Shown here: positions 28,052 to 38,647 of the stretch, in pieces | Numbering within the stretch: the stretch's first letter is position 1 | Layout: each line of letters starts with the position of its first letter | Source: a virus | Strand: one strand, 5' to 3' | DNA: 64,000 nucleotides | IMG/VR virus record: IMGVR_UViG_3300025887_000011 | Location: 1-64,000 of that record | Notes under the pieces: generated by a model | Databases searched by the model: none | What the model saw: the letters and a program-made list of their open reading frames with translations, nothing else | Told to the model about the DNA's origin: nothing | Program-made: the position numbers and the translations under genes

Positions 28052-30490
28052 TTAAACTATCTTGATCTGATTGTCAACATCTTTTATTGTTATTTGTGAT
28101 TTTTTAGAATTTGAAATAACTATTTTAGCCAATGGTATGTGGATTTTATCGTAGATATACCTTTTTATATCTCTTGCATGCATTTTCTTATTAGTAATAT
28201 CCTGAAAAATGCAGTTAATTGATGATGCTTTTACGTTTATTTCAAGACCTCTATCGTGCAACTTGTTTTTAACTTTATCAACCTCATGTTTTATGATTCT
28301 TTTCATGTCAGAGTCGCATAGCTCATCAAAAACCAAAACATCATTTATCCTTGCTAACAGTTCTGGTTTTAATTCTTTTTTTACGGAGTTTTTATAAGAA
28401 TCCTCTTCGCTCTCATCATTTTGGACAAAACCCATACTTCTTTTTTTAACTTCTTTATGACCTATATTACTAGTAAGTATTACTATAGATTTAGAAAAGT
28501 CTACTTTTTCATGTTTGTTATCCTCCACGTAACCTTCATCTAGAAGATGAAGCAATATATTTAGTATTTGAGGGTCAGCTTTTTCAACCTCATCAAACAA
28601 AACGACACAGTTGGGATTATCTTTAACAAAATTAGTCAATAAGCCCCCTTCTTCGTAACCAACATAGCCAGAGTTAGAACCAATAAGTTTACTAATTCCT
28701 GTCTTATCATAAAGCTCGCTCATGTTGATTTGGAGAATAGCTTTTTCATTACCAAAAAAGTTTTTTGCTATTTTTTTAGCCGTGTAAGTTTTACCAACAC
28801 TAGTAGGCCCAACAAAAAACATGCTAGCTAAAGGTTTGTTTTCCTCTGTTAAACCTGCTTTAGCGCAAGAAAGTAAGTCTGTAATAGTATCTATTGCTTT
28901 ATCTTGACCGAATACTTCTTTTTTAATCCTTGAAGAGAAAGAAGTGAAGTTTTGACTTCCAGATTTAACTTGATCAGCTGAAATTTTTGCATGTTCAGCT
29001 ATAACATCAATTATATCTTCTTTCTTTATTTTTATAGGTTTTACATCTTTGTTATTCCTGACGCCATCTAGATCATCAAGAAAGTAGTTTAGTTTTTCTT
29101 TTATTAAAGTTTCGCTGATTTCTTTTTCTGTTAAGCATTTTATTAGATCGTCGTGCTTATCCATTATATCTTTACAAGGCTTTGAGTTCTTAATTTTAAC
29201 TCTAGATCCAACTTGGTCTATTATATCAAAAGCTTTATCTGGAAACTTTTTATTACTAATTAAACTAGAAGAAAAATCAACAACACAATCTATAATGGGT
29301 TTAGTGAAAATTACGTTGTGAAATTCTTCATACTTGCTTTTGCATTTGTAAAGTATTTGTTTTGTTTCATCTTTTGTAGGCTCTTCTACTTTAACCTCAA
29401 AGAATCTACGCTTCATCGCGCTATCCTTTTTGAATATTTTATTATATTCTTCAGTTGTTGTAGCTCCTATACATTTAATTTCTCCTCTAGCTAAATAAGG
29501 TTTCATCATGTTCGCTGCATCTATGCTACCTTCTTGGTTGCCTCCTGCTCCAAATATAGTATGTATCTCGTCAAAAAATAAAACTGTATTAGTAGACTTT
29601 TTAGCCATCTGTAATAGAGATTTAAACTTTTGCTCGAATTGACCTCTATACTGAGTACCAGCAAGCATTGATCCTATATTGACGCTAAGTATTTCCATAC
29701 CAAACATATTAGATGGTATTTCTGCTTTGCATATTTTAGCAACAAGAGCTTCTACAATCGCTGTTTTTCCAACACCAGCATTACCAGTTAATATTGCATT
29801 GCTTTTATTTTTTTTAGATATTGTTTCTATAAGCAGCGATACCTCATCGTCCCTGCCATAGACATCTGGAAGTCCGCCCTCCATATAAACACTGTTTAAA
29901 TGAGTTACAAAATCTGGAGTTTCTTCTTCTTGTTCGTTATAAGTTTCCAAAACTTGAACTTCATCAACTAAATCTTCCATTCCAAAATATGAATTGTCCT
30001 CTTCAGACAGATCAAAATCACCATTAACAAAAATAGCTAGTTTTTCTACAAAAGATTCGTACTCTAAAATATTATCACTAATACATTCAGATACATGTAC
30101 AGATGTATTTAATAAAGCTAAGATTATATGCTCTACACCTATATAGTGTTGATCTAACTTATGAGATATTTTGTTAGCTTCTCCAATTGTATAAACTACT
30201 TCTTTATTCCAAGGGTCAGAGTTTTTATTTACAAAAAAATGCTTGCTATCTTTTTCAGCAGATTCTTTTATAATATCTAAAGCTTCATGATGATTTATCA
30301 TGAAGCCATTAATCATTAAAAAATTGGTGATTTCTGTAGATGCATTTTTTAAACAGCCATATAAAACGTGCAAGTTAGTTATGTTTTTATGCCCAAGTTC
30401 TTTTGAAACTGAATAAGCATCTGTATATGCTTTTTTTGCTCTAGGGGTAAGGTTAAAGTCTTTAAATATCACGTTGTTGTTTACACTCAT
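28052..30490 (-). CDS. ClpA/ClpC-family AAA+ ATPase
   Basis: Clp N repeats, GNAGVGKT, YRGQFE, FFDEIH, second Walker A GPTSVGKT, LFDEVEKA, SMGF loop. Confidence 0.93.
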   Translation of the reverse strand: MSVNNNVIFKDFNLTPRAKKAYTDAYSVSKELGHKNITNLHVLYGCLKNASTEITNFLMINGFMINHHEALDIIKESAEKDSKHFFVNKNSDPWNKEVVYTIGEANKISHKLDQHYIGVEHIILALLNTSVHVSECISDNILEYESFVEKLAIFVNGDFDLSEEDNSYFGMEDLVDEVQVLETYNEQEEETPDFVTHLNSVYMEGGLPDVYGRDDEVSLLIETISKKNKSNAILTGNAGVGKTAIVEALVAKICKAEIPSNMFGMEILSVNIGSMLAGTQYRGQFEQKFKSLLQMAKKSTNTVLFFDEIHTIFGAGGNQEGSIDAANMMKPYLARGEIKCIGATTTEEYNKIFKKDSAMKRRFFEVKVEEPTKDETKQILYKCKSKYEEFHNVIFTKPIIDCVVDFSSSLISNKKFPDKAFDIIDQVGSRVKIKNSKPCKDIMDKHDDLIKCLTEKEISETLIKEKLNYFLDDLDGVRNNKDVKPIKIKKEDIIDVIAEHAKISADQVKSGSQNFTSFSSRIKKEVFGQDKAIDTITDLLSCAKAGLTEENKPLASMFFVGPTSVGKTYTAKKIAKNFFGNEKAILQINMSELYDKTGISKLIGSNSGYVGYEEGGLLTNFVKDNPNCVVLFDEVEKADPQILNILLHLLDEGYVEDNKHEKVDFSKSIVILTSNIGHKEVKKRSMGFVQNDESEEDSYKNSVKKELKPELLARINDVLVFDELCDSDMKRIIKHEVDKVKNKLHDRGLEINVKASSINCIFQDITNKKMHARDIKRYIYDKIHIPLAKIVISNSKKSQITIKDVDNQIKIV

Positions 30491-33030
30491 TTTAGTTCTG
30501 AAAGTTTCATATAAATTTTTTCTCTTAATGGACGAAGGGTGTTGATGAATATCAAATCGTCAGCGGTATCACCAACAACTATAACAACGTCACCTTTCTT
30601 CGGCAACTTATTACCACAATTTAGGTAGTCTGTCAACCTTTCTTGTCTGTCTGAATCCATAAATAATCCAGAAACAGTTCCAAGTTCATCATTTATATCA
30701 AGCCTAGCATACTTATTTCCATTTCTACTTGTCCTCCTGCTTATATCTGCAATAATACCCACAAATTTAACAGTTCTTCTTGCTTGAGAAAGCCTGATCT
30801 CCTCAGATGTCTGAAAAGACTCTTCATCGCCGCTACTAAATATCTCTCTTACGTTATAAGAATAACTATATCCAAGTAGTTTGGTCTCAAAAAACCAATT
30901 AGCAAACTTTAAGTGGCTTGTGTTTTGTTCGTAAATGCTTTTATATGGATCATACTTTTTCTTAAAGGTGTTAAATCTTTTGTCTGAAAAAAGAACTCTA
31001 CCATCATCAGCGGGTGTGGTCTCAGACCTGCAATCATGAATTGTATTTAGGATATCATAGTTGAATTTAGGTCCTAGTTCTATTACATTTCTTTTTTCTC
31101 TGTCAGTTAATATATTGAATGTTTGAGCCTCAAGAACTAATCTACATCTGTCTTTATCAACAAAAGAATCAAGAAGACCAGCTTGGGCAAACGCAGACAT
31201 AGTTCCTATATTAACACCGCAATCTTTTGCCGTGATAAATACATCATACTTGTTTTTAAAAGATCCTTCTCTGAACTCAACCAGCGATTCCATAACTTTA
31301 TCTGAAACACCTTTAATTGAATTTAATCCATATCTAATGTTTTTACCTTCAATTTTGAAATCAAAACCTGACAGATTTAAATCTGGAGGAAGTAGCTTTA
31401 TGTCAAAAAAAGAAAGCTCTTGAGCAATACTTGTAATCTCATCATGAGAATTTGGCTCGAATCTCGCCATTTTCAATAAACTTAAGAAGAATTCTTGTGG
31501 GTAATTAAACTTAAGGTAAACTGTAAGTGCGGCTAAATATGCATACGATATACTATGAGACTTATTAAACGAATAGTTAGCTGAGTCTTCAGCAACCTTC
31601 CATAAGACTTCTCCTATTACTGGATCTAAATTGTTACTTTTTATTTTTTCTTCAATTTTAGCTTTCCATGCTGGCATGTCCTCAACCTTTTTCTTTCCTA
31701 CTATTCTTCTAAGTTGCTCTGACTCATCAAGACTAAAGCCAACTTTAACAGCCATCTTCATTAACTGCTCTTGGTAAAGAGGAATGCCTCCTGTATAACT
31801 AAGTATATCATCAAAAAATTCATGCACACAATTGAACTCTCCAGTTCTTACATATTCAGCATAACTATCTTTGAAATCCAAAGCCCCTGGACGAGCTATA
31901 GCGACAACGGCAGACAATTGCTCAAGGTTTCTGGGCGCGACTTGCTTACAAACCTTGAAGTTTACTTCCGCTTCGATCTGAAACAATCCTTTAGGTTGTT
32001 GGAGACAAGCTAACGCTGCATAGATGCTTTCGTCGCTAGGGTCGATGTCACAGGCTTTGATGCCAATTTGGTTACATACGTCATGAACCACTGAAAGCGT
32101 CCTCAGTCCAAGTATATCGAACTTAACACTAAGGCTTGCTACGTCATCCATATCATAACCAGACACTAAAGCTCCTTCATTTGTTTTTTGAAGAGGCATT
32201 ATGTCTGTCTGATTATAATAGCTAATCGATATTCCAGAAGGATGGACTCCAGTATTCTTTATTAAACCTTCTAGTTTTTTTGATATTTTAAATGACTTCT
32301 TGTACTTGTCAGCATAAACTCTGAAACTTTCACTTTCTTCGTAAGCTTGCGAAAGCTTTGCTACCTTCCCAAAGTGTTTTGGTATAGTGTCACTAATTTG
32401 ATTAACATCTATCTCGGATAAACCATCAACGATTTTGCCACATTCTTTAACACAAAGCTTAGAACTTAAAGTATTTAAGGTTAAAATCTTAGATGTTTTT
32501 CCTTTATATTTTTTTTCAATGTATTCAATAACTTCAACTCTTCTATCATAGGATATATCGTTGTCCACATCAGCCAAAAGAGAACCATCTAAATAAGTTA
32601 CTCCGTTATGCTCTATTTTTTTAGCCCTACTCTTAGAAACAAAACGCTCAAAGAAAAGCTCGTATTTAATAGGGTCAATATTGGTGACCCCAAGCAGGTA
32701 AAGAACCAAGCTTCCAGCAGCGCTACCTCTGCCAGCACCAGTTGGGATATCTTTAGATTTACAAAAGTCAAGTATGTCCCAATTCAAAAGTATATAATCG
32801 ACAAAACCAAGCTCCTCTAAAATTTCCAGTTCAGTTTCTGTTCTTTTGTAATACTCAGATCTGTTTTCTTTTTTAGTTATGCCTCTTTCTCTCAAACCCT
32901 TTCTGCAAAGCTGTTTTAGAATATCAAAACTAGAAGCGTTAGAGTCTAGATCTAAATCTTTTAAAGTTTTATCAGGAACTTCGATTTCTGGGAGCTTAAC
33001 TCCTACTGGGAATGGCGTTTGATAGTTCAT
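30487..33030 (-). CDS. dnaE: DNA polymerase III alpha catalytic part (no PHP domain)
   Basis: GAGRGSAAGSLV, DVDND catalytic aspartates, KFDILGL, RPG, YQEQ, YSFNKSH, C-terminal OB fold. Confidence 0.95.
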   Translation of the reverse strand: MNYQTPFPVGVKLPEIEVPDKTLKDLDLDSNASSFDILKQLCRKGLRERGITKKENRSEYYKRTETELEILEELGFVDYILLNWDILDFCKSKDIPTGAGRGSAAGSLVLYLLGVTNIDPIKYELFFERFVSKSRAKKIEHNGVTYLDGSLLADVDNDISYDRRVEVIEYIEKKYKGKTSKILTLNTLSSKLCVKECGKIVDGLSEIDVNQISDTIPKHFGKVAKLSQAYEESESFRVYADKYKKSFKISKKLEGLIKNTGVHPSGISISYYNQTDIMPLQKTNEGALVSGYDMDDVASLSVKFDILGLRTLSVVHDVCNQIGIKACDIDPSDESIYAALACLQQPKGLFQIEAEVNFKVCKQVAPRNLEQLSAVVAIARPGALDFKDSYAEYVRTGEFNCVHEFFDDILSYTGGIPLYQEQLMKMAVKVGFSLDESEQLRRIVGKKKVEDMPAWKAKIEEKIKSNNLDPVIGEVLWKVAEDSANYSFNKSHSISYAYLAALTVYLKFNYPQEFFLSLLKMARFEPNSHDEITSIAQELSFFDIKLLPPDLNLSGFDFKIEGKNIRYGLNSIKGVSDKVMESLVEFREGSFKNKYDVFITAKDCGVNIGTMSAFAQAGLLDSFVDKDRCRLVLEAQTFNILTDREKRNVIELGPKFNYDILNTIHDCRSETTPADDGRVLFSDKRFNTFKKKYDPYKSIYEQNTSHLKFANWFFETKLLGYSYSYNVREIFSSGDEESFQTSEEIRLSQARRTVKFVGIIADISRRTSRNGNKYARLDINDELGTVSGLFMDSDRQERLTDYLNCGNKLPKKGDVVIVVGDTADDLIFINTLRPLREKIYMKLSELK

Positions 33031-33659
33031 ATTTCAATTTCTAAAATTTGTCTTCTAAATATTTGGAAGTTCATTTCGATGTCATAAAGAGCATCATGTA
33101 AACGTTTCTGGTCAAAAGTAATATCATATTTTTTAAGCAGAGTCAACTGAGAAGTTTTTAAACCTCTCTCCCTAAAGTTTAGCCATTTATATTGCCAGTA
33201 AATAAAATTATCTTTATCCACTGGGGCGTTTTTAGCTATGGCCGTAGCTATAGCTTTAGTGTCAATGATTCTCTTGATATAAGATTGATCTAGTTTTTCC
33301 CCAATAAGATTTCTCCATACATCAACCATATAAACATCAAAAGCAAGAAGGTTTTGCCCTACGATTAAATAGTCATCATCATAAAGGTATTTTGAGAACT
33401 CGCTCCAAACTTTATCTGCTGGTTCCGAATTGTTCTTGTAATACTCTTTATCAAAACCAGTTATTCTTGCAGCGTCTGGAGAAACGTTTAAGTCGTCCCA
33501 ATGTATAAGTTTATCGTATTTTTTAATAACTCTGTCTCCCTCAACAACAATCCAAGCTGCTTGCCAAGGCTTAGACTTGATTAGATTCAAGCCTTCAGTT
33601 TCTGTATCAAATATGATATATTTTTGGTTTCTTTTAAACCTAAGAAGTGATTCATTCAT
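33027..33659 (-). CDS. DEDDh 3'-5' exonuclease (DnaQ-like)
   Basis: FDTETEG, GQN..FD, HDALYD; probable start MNESLL at 33659. Confidence 0.88.
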   Translation of the reverse strand: MNESLLRFKRNQKYIIFDTETEGLNLIKSKPWQAAWIVVEGDRVIKKYDKLIHWDDLNVSPDAARITGFDKEYYKNNSEPADKVWSEFSKYLYDDDYLIVGQNLLAFDVYMVDVWRNLIGEKLDQSYIKRIIDTKAIATAIAKNAPVDKDNFIYWQYKWLNFRERGLKTSQLTLLKKYDITFDQKRLHDALYDIEMNFQIFRRQILEIEI

Positions 33660-33661
33660 AA

Positions 33662-34405
33662 TTAAACTTGTTCTTTGTAAGACTCCCAGCAAAACTCATC
33701 ACTACCAAAATGACTTAAGTTTGGATTAGACAATGTTGCTTGCCTACCAAAAGATCTATTACACAGAACTTTATAAGTTTGCAATGCTTCTACATCCTCT
33801 TTGTTTTTGTATTTGATTGTTTTGACTAAGCTTATAGGGTATTTGCCGTCGACAAAAGATTTAACCTTATCTTCTAGAAGAGAATCAAAAGGGAGGTTAT
33901 TTCTTTCTATCCAAAACCTAGGGTTTAAGCCTTCTAAATAAGGTATGCAGTTTTTTAGAAAGAAGTTATTTTCATGTATGAAACTACCATAAAAAGGAAC
34001 AACAAAAGAAAGATGTTTGTTATTCCAGAACCTTATTAGGTTATCATAATTAATTTTGCCACCACACTCAGTGAAAGCAAAAGAATAAATCTTGTTTAAA
34101 AGCTTACAACCTTCGTCGTCTAAAGCAAAAATTACAGCCTTATGGGAGTCATCTTTATTTTCGCTTTCAGAGTTATTGCAAAGATTAATCTTTAATCCAT
34201 AAGTCAATCTAATGTCGTTTTCTTTGCAGACATGAAAAGCTTTCATGAAGCTTGTTAGATTGTCTTCAACAAGAACTAGATCTTTTAAACCTTCCTCTTT
34301 ACAGATTGAAATTATTGAGTCTGGACCCTCATCCGATTCAGAGTTGTTTAAAGTTAGTATACTTTTACCTGTAGAGTAGCAAGAAGTAAATATCGGCTTG
34401 ATCAT
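33662..34405 (-). CDS. Stand-alone, degenerate PHP domain of DnaE
   Basis: FTSCYS..KSIL...LVEDNL.SF......YGL mirrors the DnaE N-terminus, but the metal-binding histidines are missing. Confidence 0.8.
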   Translation of the reverse strand: MIKPIFTSCYSTGKSILTLNNSESDEGPDSIISICKEEGLKDLVLVEDNLTSFMKAFHVCKENDIRLTYGLKINLCNNSESENKDDSHKAVIFALDDEGCKLLNKIYSFAFTECGGKINYDNLIRFWNNKHLSFVVPFYGSFIHENNFFLKNCIPYLEGLNPRFWIERNNLPFDSLLEDKVKSFVDGKYPISLVKTIKYKNKEDVEALQTYKVLCNRSFGRQATLSNPNLSHFGSDEFCWESYKEQV

Positions 34406-34411
34406 GTTATG

Positions 34412-34439
34412 ATATTAGCATAAATCATAAGTTTGTCAA
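34412..34439 (-). promoter_or_regulatory. Sigma70-type promoter of the polymerase genes
   Basis: TTGACA-16 nt-TAATAT with TGn extension, 6 nt before the ATG at 34405. Confidence 0.65.
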
Positions 34440-35461
34440 GATGAATGTGCAGGGCAACCAGGATAATACTTCATTTCATATGAACCTCCTTCTGGAACCA
34501 TTTCTTCTGAAAACTCATCGTCAAAACAAGATTTTGCAAAGTTGCCATTTGAATCTCTAATGTCATAATAAAAGAAATCAAACTTCATTCCACAATACCA
34601 CATTGGAGTGCCATCTTTTTTAAGTTGTCCCTTTTCTTTAGCGAAACCACAAAGAAGTTTGCAACTAAAAGAACCATCGCTAGGGAAACCTTTGTAAGCC
34701 GCCATGTTCTTTGTAGCAGATTCTTCATTAAAATTATCTAGATACTCTTGAATCTCAGTAAGATGATGTTCGAAACCGTGGAGATCATGTTCATCAAGAG
34801 GCTTCATTCTTACTATGCCGCTTTTTTTGACATCTGGTATTAAGTCAAACTTAAGAAACAAAAATTCACTTTGTTTTGTTTCGTACTCTGGAAATAGATG
34901 CTTAACAGCAAGACTATACATTAGATCCTGCATGTTGTCTTCTGCATCCTTACCTTTGAATGTTTCCTTGCTTGTTTTAAAGTCTCTAATTAAAGCGAAT
35001 TTTTTATCTTTATAAAGAAAAAGTTTATCAATAAACCCTCTGATTTTATATTTTACTGTACCGTCATTAACTACGATGTGGAAGTCTTTTTCTGAATGCT
35101 CTTCAGTAGGATCTACTTCTGTATCTCCAAAAAAATCATACATCAAACCATTAAGGGTCATCTCTTTCATCATCTGAACGTTATCTTTATCATCAACGCC
35201 CTCCCTTATCGCATGTTTCATTATTAGCCTTTTTATAGACGGAACACTGAATACATCAAGAGTACGGATAATTTCGTCAAAGTAATGTCTTCTTCTTTTT
35301 TCTCCCAAAACTTCAAAAATTAAGTGACAAATAGAACCTCTTCTAGCTCCATCATTACTCCTGTCTGGAAGCTTTAGTTTATACTTAGACCAGTAAAGCC
35401 AAGAACAACTTTCTGCTGTTTTGATTCTGCTTGCCGACAATGTTGTTATTGGTTCACTCAT
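34436..35461 (-). CDS. PD-(D/E)xK Cas4/RecB-like exonuclease
   Basis: LSASRI...C, RGSICH, RGFIDK, IRDFKT, Q...Y, C-terminal cysteines. Confidence 0.85.
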   Translation of the reverse strand: MSEPITTLSASRIKTAESCSWLYWSKYKLKLPDRSNDGARRGSICHLIFEVLGEKRRRHYFDEIIRTLDVFSVPSIKRLIMKHAIREGVDDKDNVQMMKEMTLNGLMYDFFGDTEVDPTEEHSEKDFHIVVNDGTVKYKIRGFIDKLFLYKDKKFALIRDFKTSKETFKGKDAEDNMQDLMYSLAVKHLFPEYETKQSEFLFLKFDLIPDVKKSGIVRMKPLDEHDLHGFEHHLTEIQEYLDNFNEESATKNMAAYKGFPSDGSFSCKLLCGFAKEKGQLKKDGTPMWYCGMKFDFFYYDIRDSNGNFAKSCFDDEFSEEMVPEGGSYEMKYYPGCPAHSS

Positions 35462-36479
35462 TTAATTTAGCAGCTTTCTTTAAGTCTAACTTAGAGAAAT
35501 TGTTTTTATTGTTTTTAACGAAATTCGAAATAAATAGTCTTTGTTTGATTTTGTCTGTTTCTTTTTCTTCCCAAGAAGAGAAGTTAGCAGAAGACTCATT
35601 TGCGTCGCCAAAGTCGTTAAAACCCTTTGGCGGAAGTTTAATGGTTAAGTTTTCTAGGTCGAAGTAACGAGAAAGCTTTAGGTAGTTTTTAACACACCCA
35701 ATTAAACCTCTATTCTCTTTAGAATCGAAATCATTGTTTCCAGCAATTATAACTTCATCTAAAACCTTGCTTGACAAATAAGATATAAGAGATGGGCTTA
35801 TTGATAAACCGAAAACAACTAAAACGTTTTTTATTCCGTTTTGATATAAAGACATTGCATCTCCTATACTTTCAGTAAGATATACCGAACGCTTTTCATT
35901 TATAATGGAATCTACAGTTTCTTCATTCGGTATATAAGCTGGATATATCCAATTATTTTTTTTACCCAAATGCTTCCACTTTGCAAAGTTATTTTCGTCC
36001 ACCCTTCTTCCAGAAAAACCTACTATCTGAGAATGTTCGTTATAAATAGGGAAAACCATTCTCCTGTACATTTGTCCCGAACCAGCGAGACCAACTCTAA
36101 ATGATTTTTGAGTTTCTTCTGATATTTTTTTGGGCAAATAAAAATTATAATTAGGAAATAACTTTTGTAAAATTGATTCATCGTATACTTTTTCCATTTC
36201 TATGAGTGCTTTCTGTTTGTATTCTGTGAAATCTGATACGTTTGATTCTATCGATCTCAATACAGAATTTAATTTCTTTTTATCGTCTTTTAGAGTAAGT
36301 TTAACTAAAGCCTCAAAAGGTTTAGATTTATTTCCATGAATAAAATCTATCCAAACTCCAGTATTTTTATATATTCTTAGAGCAGTCTGATTATCCCCAG
36401 ACCTATATAGAGCACTAGTCCTCCAATGGTTTCCGCAATCAACAAGATTGTAACCAAGCTCCTCTAATATTTGCTTCAT
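35454..36479 (-). CDS. DnaG-like primase
   Basis: RMVFPI...IVGFSGR, KW, TOPRIM ESIGD and NDFD; probable start MKQILEELG at 36479; the Zn-finger cysteines are largely lost. Confidence 0.88.
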   Translation of the reverse strand: MKQILEELGYNLVDCGNHWRTSALYRSGDNQTALRIYKNTGVWIDFIHGNKSKPFEALVKLTLKDDKKKLNSVLRSIESNVSDFTEYKQKALIEMEKVYDESILQKLFPNYNFYLPKKISEETQKSFRVGLAGSGQMYRRMVFPIYNEHSQIVGFSGRRVDENNFAKWKHLGKKNNWIYPAYIPNEETVDSIINEKRSVYLTESIGDAMSLYQNGIKNVLVVFGLSISPSLISYLSSKVLDEVIIAGNNDFDSKENRGLIGCVKNYLKLSRYFDLENLTIKLPPKGFNDFGDANESSANFSSWEEKETDKIKQRLFISNFVKNNKNNFSKLDLKKAAKLNE

Positions 36480-36483
36480 TTTA

Positions 36484-37998
36484 TTACAGTTGGTCAAAAT
36501 CTGGTAGTTCGCCTGGCTCTGACCCATCGATATCAGCGCCGCCATTAACGGATCTAACTATATCCCTAAGATCACCACGTTCTGAAATATTAAAATTAGC
36601 GAAGTTTAAGTTTATAAAGTTTTTCCTTAAGGAATCTCCAACTTGAATAGGCTCTAAAGCTCCAGCTATGTCCTTGCCCAAGTGTCTCGATTTAATTCCA
36701 ACAAGCTTGTGAGTTCCAAAATGAGAACCCTCTATCTCAATTTCATCAGCTGTTTTACTACGAAGTATAAACATGTGAGAGCAAAACTGAATGATTCTGT
36801 CAGAAAGGGATACAGTACTTTCATCATCCACTACATTCTGAGCATTCCTGTTGTTTGTAATACCCAGCCTATTGGATTGAACAGAAGTTATCATAGGAAT
36901 GATGGGTTCTCCTTCATGAAGGATTTCTTTTTGCACACACTTTTTGAATTTATCCACCATCTCTCCAACGATCTGCCACTCGTTTTTGTTTGCCGATGAT
37001 TCACTAGTAGTCTTGATGTAGTCAAAAGAAAATATCATCTTATTACCTCTTCCCACTTTTGAGAAGTAAAAACGCTTTAATGTATTAACCATTGAATCTA
37101 CATCTAAGCCTCCTACGTTATAGTAATAAAATTTAAGATTTTTAACCTTTGGCCAAACACTTCTTACTTTTGCTACCACCTCTTCTCCAGCTTGCCTCCA
37201 CTTACCACTTTCCAATAAATGCATAGGAACGCCAGATAAAGAAGCGCACTGACGCATTATTAACTCTTCTTTGCTCATCTCTCCATTATCAAAATGAAGC
37301 ACTGGAACATCATACTTTAAACTTACTTTGGTAGCATAATCCATGCAGAACTGAGTTTTTCCAACCCCAGATCTAGCGACAATAACAGTAATATTTCCTG
37401 GCCTTAAAAGAGATCCATAAATTTTATTTACTGTTGGGTGCGGACCCATCATTCCAAATTCGACAACGGGATTATTGCCCCGCTCTTCAACAAGATCCTC
37501 CATCTCATCATAAATATTTTCTGGGAGATTATCTCCAGCCTCGTAAAGATTTATTTTAGAATTATAAACATGATCTGCTTTTTCAACAATCTCATTATAA
37601 GGTATCTCTGGAGACATCTTCTTCATCTCCATTGCAACCTCTTGAGCCGCTTTATATATACCTCTTCTTACTGATGTTTTTTTAAGTTCTTTAGCTGTTT
37701 TTAAAACGTTTCCTTCAGGCACTCTCCTTAAGGCTAAAGATTTAATATAATCAGACGGATTAAGATTATCTTCAAAAGACAAACCTATACTAGATATCCT
37801 GCCAGCCACGATTATCTCATCGACCTGATCACCAGACTGATGAGCCTGTTTGATGACAGTAAAGATGGTCTTGTGAAGATTAGATTCCTCTGAATAAAAA
37901 TCACTGCTATCAATAAAATCAGATATGTCTGAGAAAGAGTCTGAATCTTTGATTAAGCCAGCCAAAAGCTGCTTCTCTAGTTCTAAATTATAAATCAC
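36484..37998 (-). CDS. dnaB: Replicative DNA helicase
   Basis: LELEKQLLAGL N-domain, ARSGVGKT, GEM..EEL, FDY, QSNR, KSR. Confidence 0.92.
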   Translation of the reverse strand: MIYNLELEKQLLAGLIKDSDSFSDISDFIDSSDFYSEESNLHKTIFTVIKQAHQSGDQVDEIIVAGRISSIGLSFEDNLNPSDYIKSLALRRVPEGNVLKTAKELKKTSVRRGIYKAAQEVAMEMKKMSPEIPYNEIVEKADHVYNSKINLYEAGDNLPENIYDEMEDLVEERGNNPVVEFGMMGPHPTVNKIYGSLLRPGNITVIVARSGVGKTQFCMDYATKVSLKYDVPVLHFDNGEMSKEELIMRQCASLSGVPMHLLESGKWRQAGEEVVAKVRSVWPKVKNLKFYYYNVGGLDVDSMVNTLKRFYFSKVGRGNKMIFSFDYIKTTSESSANKNEWQIVGEMVDKFKKCVQKEILHEGEPIIPMITSVQSNRLGITNNRNAQNVVDDESTVSLSDRIIQFCSHMFILRSKTADEIEIEGSHFGTHKLVGIKSRHLGKDIAGALEPIQVGDSLRKNFINLNFANFNISERGDLRDIVRSVNGGADIDGSEPGELPDFDQL

Positions 37999-38243
37999 TA
38001 ATTGTTATTGTTGATGGTTTCTATTGAAGAAGACATGTCAGAAAGAAAATTTTCTAAAGCTTTTCTTAATCCTAGCTCTATAATAGTTGAATCGTGCCTT
38101 GAATATATTGTAGGGCTTCCATTTTCAGTACACAAAGCCAATATCATACCTTTGTTTTTATCTGCCCCGCCGCTAAACTCATAAATTTTATCTATAAAAT
38201 TTTCTGGTATGGAGAATTCTATTTCTTCTGTTTCTTTGCTCAT
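37998..38243 (-). CDS. Hypothetical protein
   Basis: Packed ORF overlapping both neighbours. Confidence 0.6.
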   Translation of the reverse strand: MSKETEEIEFSIPENFIDKIYEFSGGADKNKGMILALCTENGSPTIYSRHDSTIIELGLRKALENFLSDMSSSIETINNNN

Positions 38244-38647
38244 AAATTAATATCCTGGTCTTTGAAAAGTGATGCGTTTATTTCGTCCGTAGTATAAACT
38301 TCTAGAAGCTTTATATCATTAATCTCGCAAAAGTCAAACTTCTTTTGATCCCTTTTTAGTTGATCTAAATATTTAAGCCTGTTTTTGTGAAAGTGTTTAA
38401 CATACCTAATATGTTGATCACCTTGGACTTCAACTGCGATGCCTTTATTGGCGTTGTAAAAATCTAAGGATAGTCTTGTTCCGACTATTCTGAATTCTTC
38501 AAAAACTACATCATGCTTCCAGTAAGGCTTTAAAAAATCTTTAACTTTATTTTGGAACTTGCTTCTGCTAAGTGCATTCCAATCAATTAGGTATTTTTTT
38601 GCTCCTTTTAAATTTCTTGGTTTTCCATATGGATCCAAGAATTTCAT
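38240..38647 (-). CDS. Vsr/DUF559-like endonuclease
   Basis: LDFY...IAVEVQGDQH...RDQKK..FC..NDI.L. Confidence 0.8.
   Translation of the reverse strand: MKFLDPYGKPRNLKGAKKYLIDWNALSRSKFQNKVKDFLKPYWKHDVVFEEFRIVGTRLSLDFYNANKGIAVEVQGDQHIRYVKHFHKNRLKYLDQLKRDQKKFDFCEINDIKLLEVYTTDEINASLFKDQDINL

Noticed and set aside
34436-35461. Cas4 as evidence of a CRISPR-Cas locus
   Set aside because: No other cas genes or array; stand-alone Cas4-like nucleases are common in phage replication modules.
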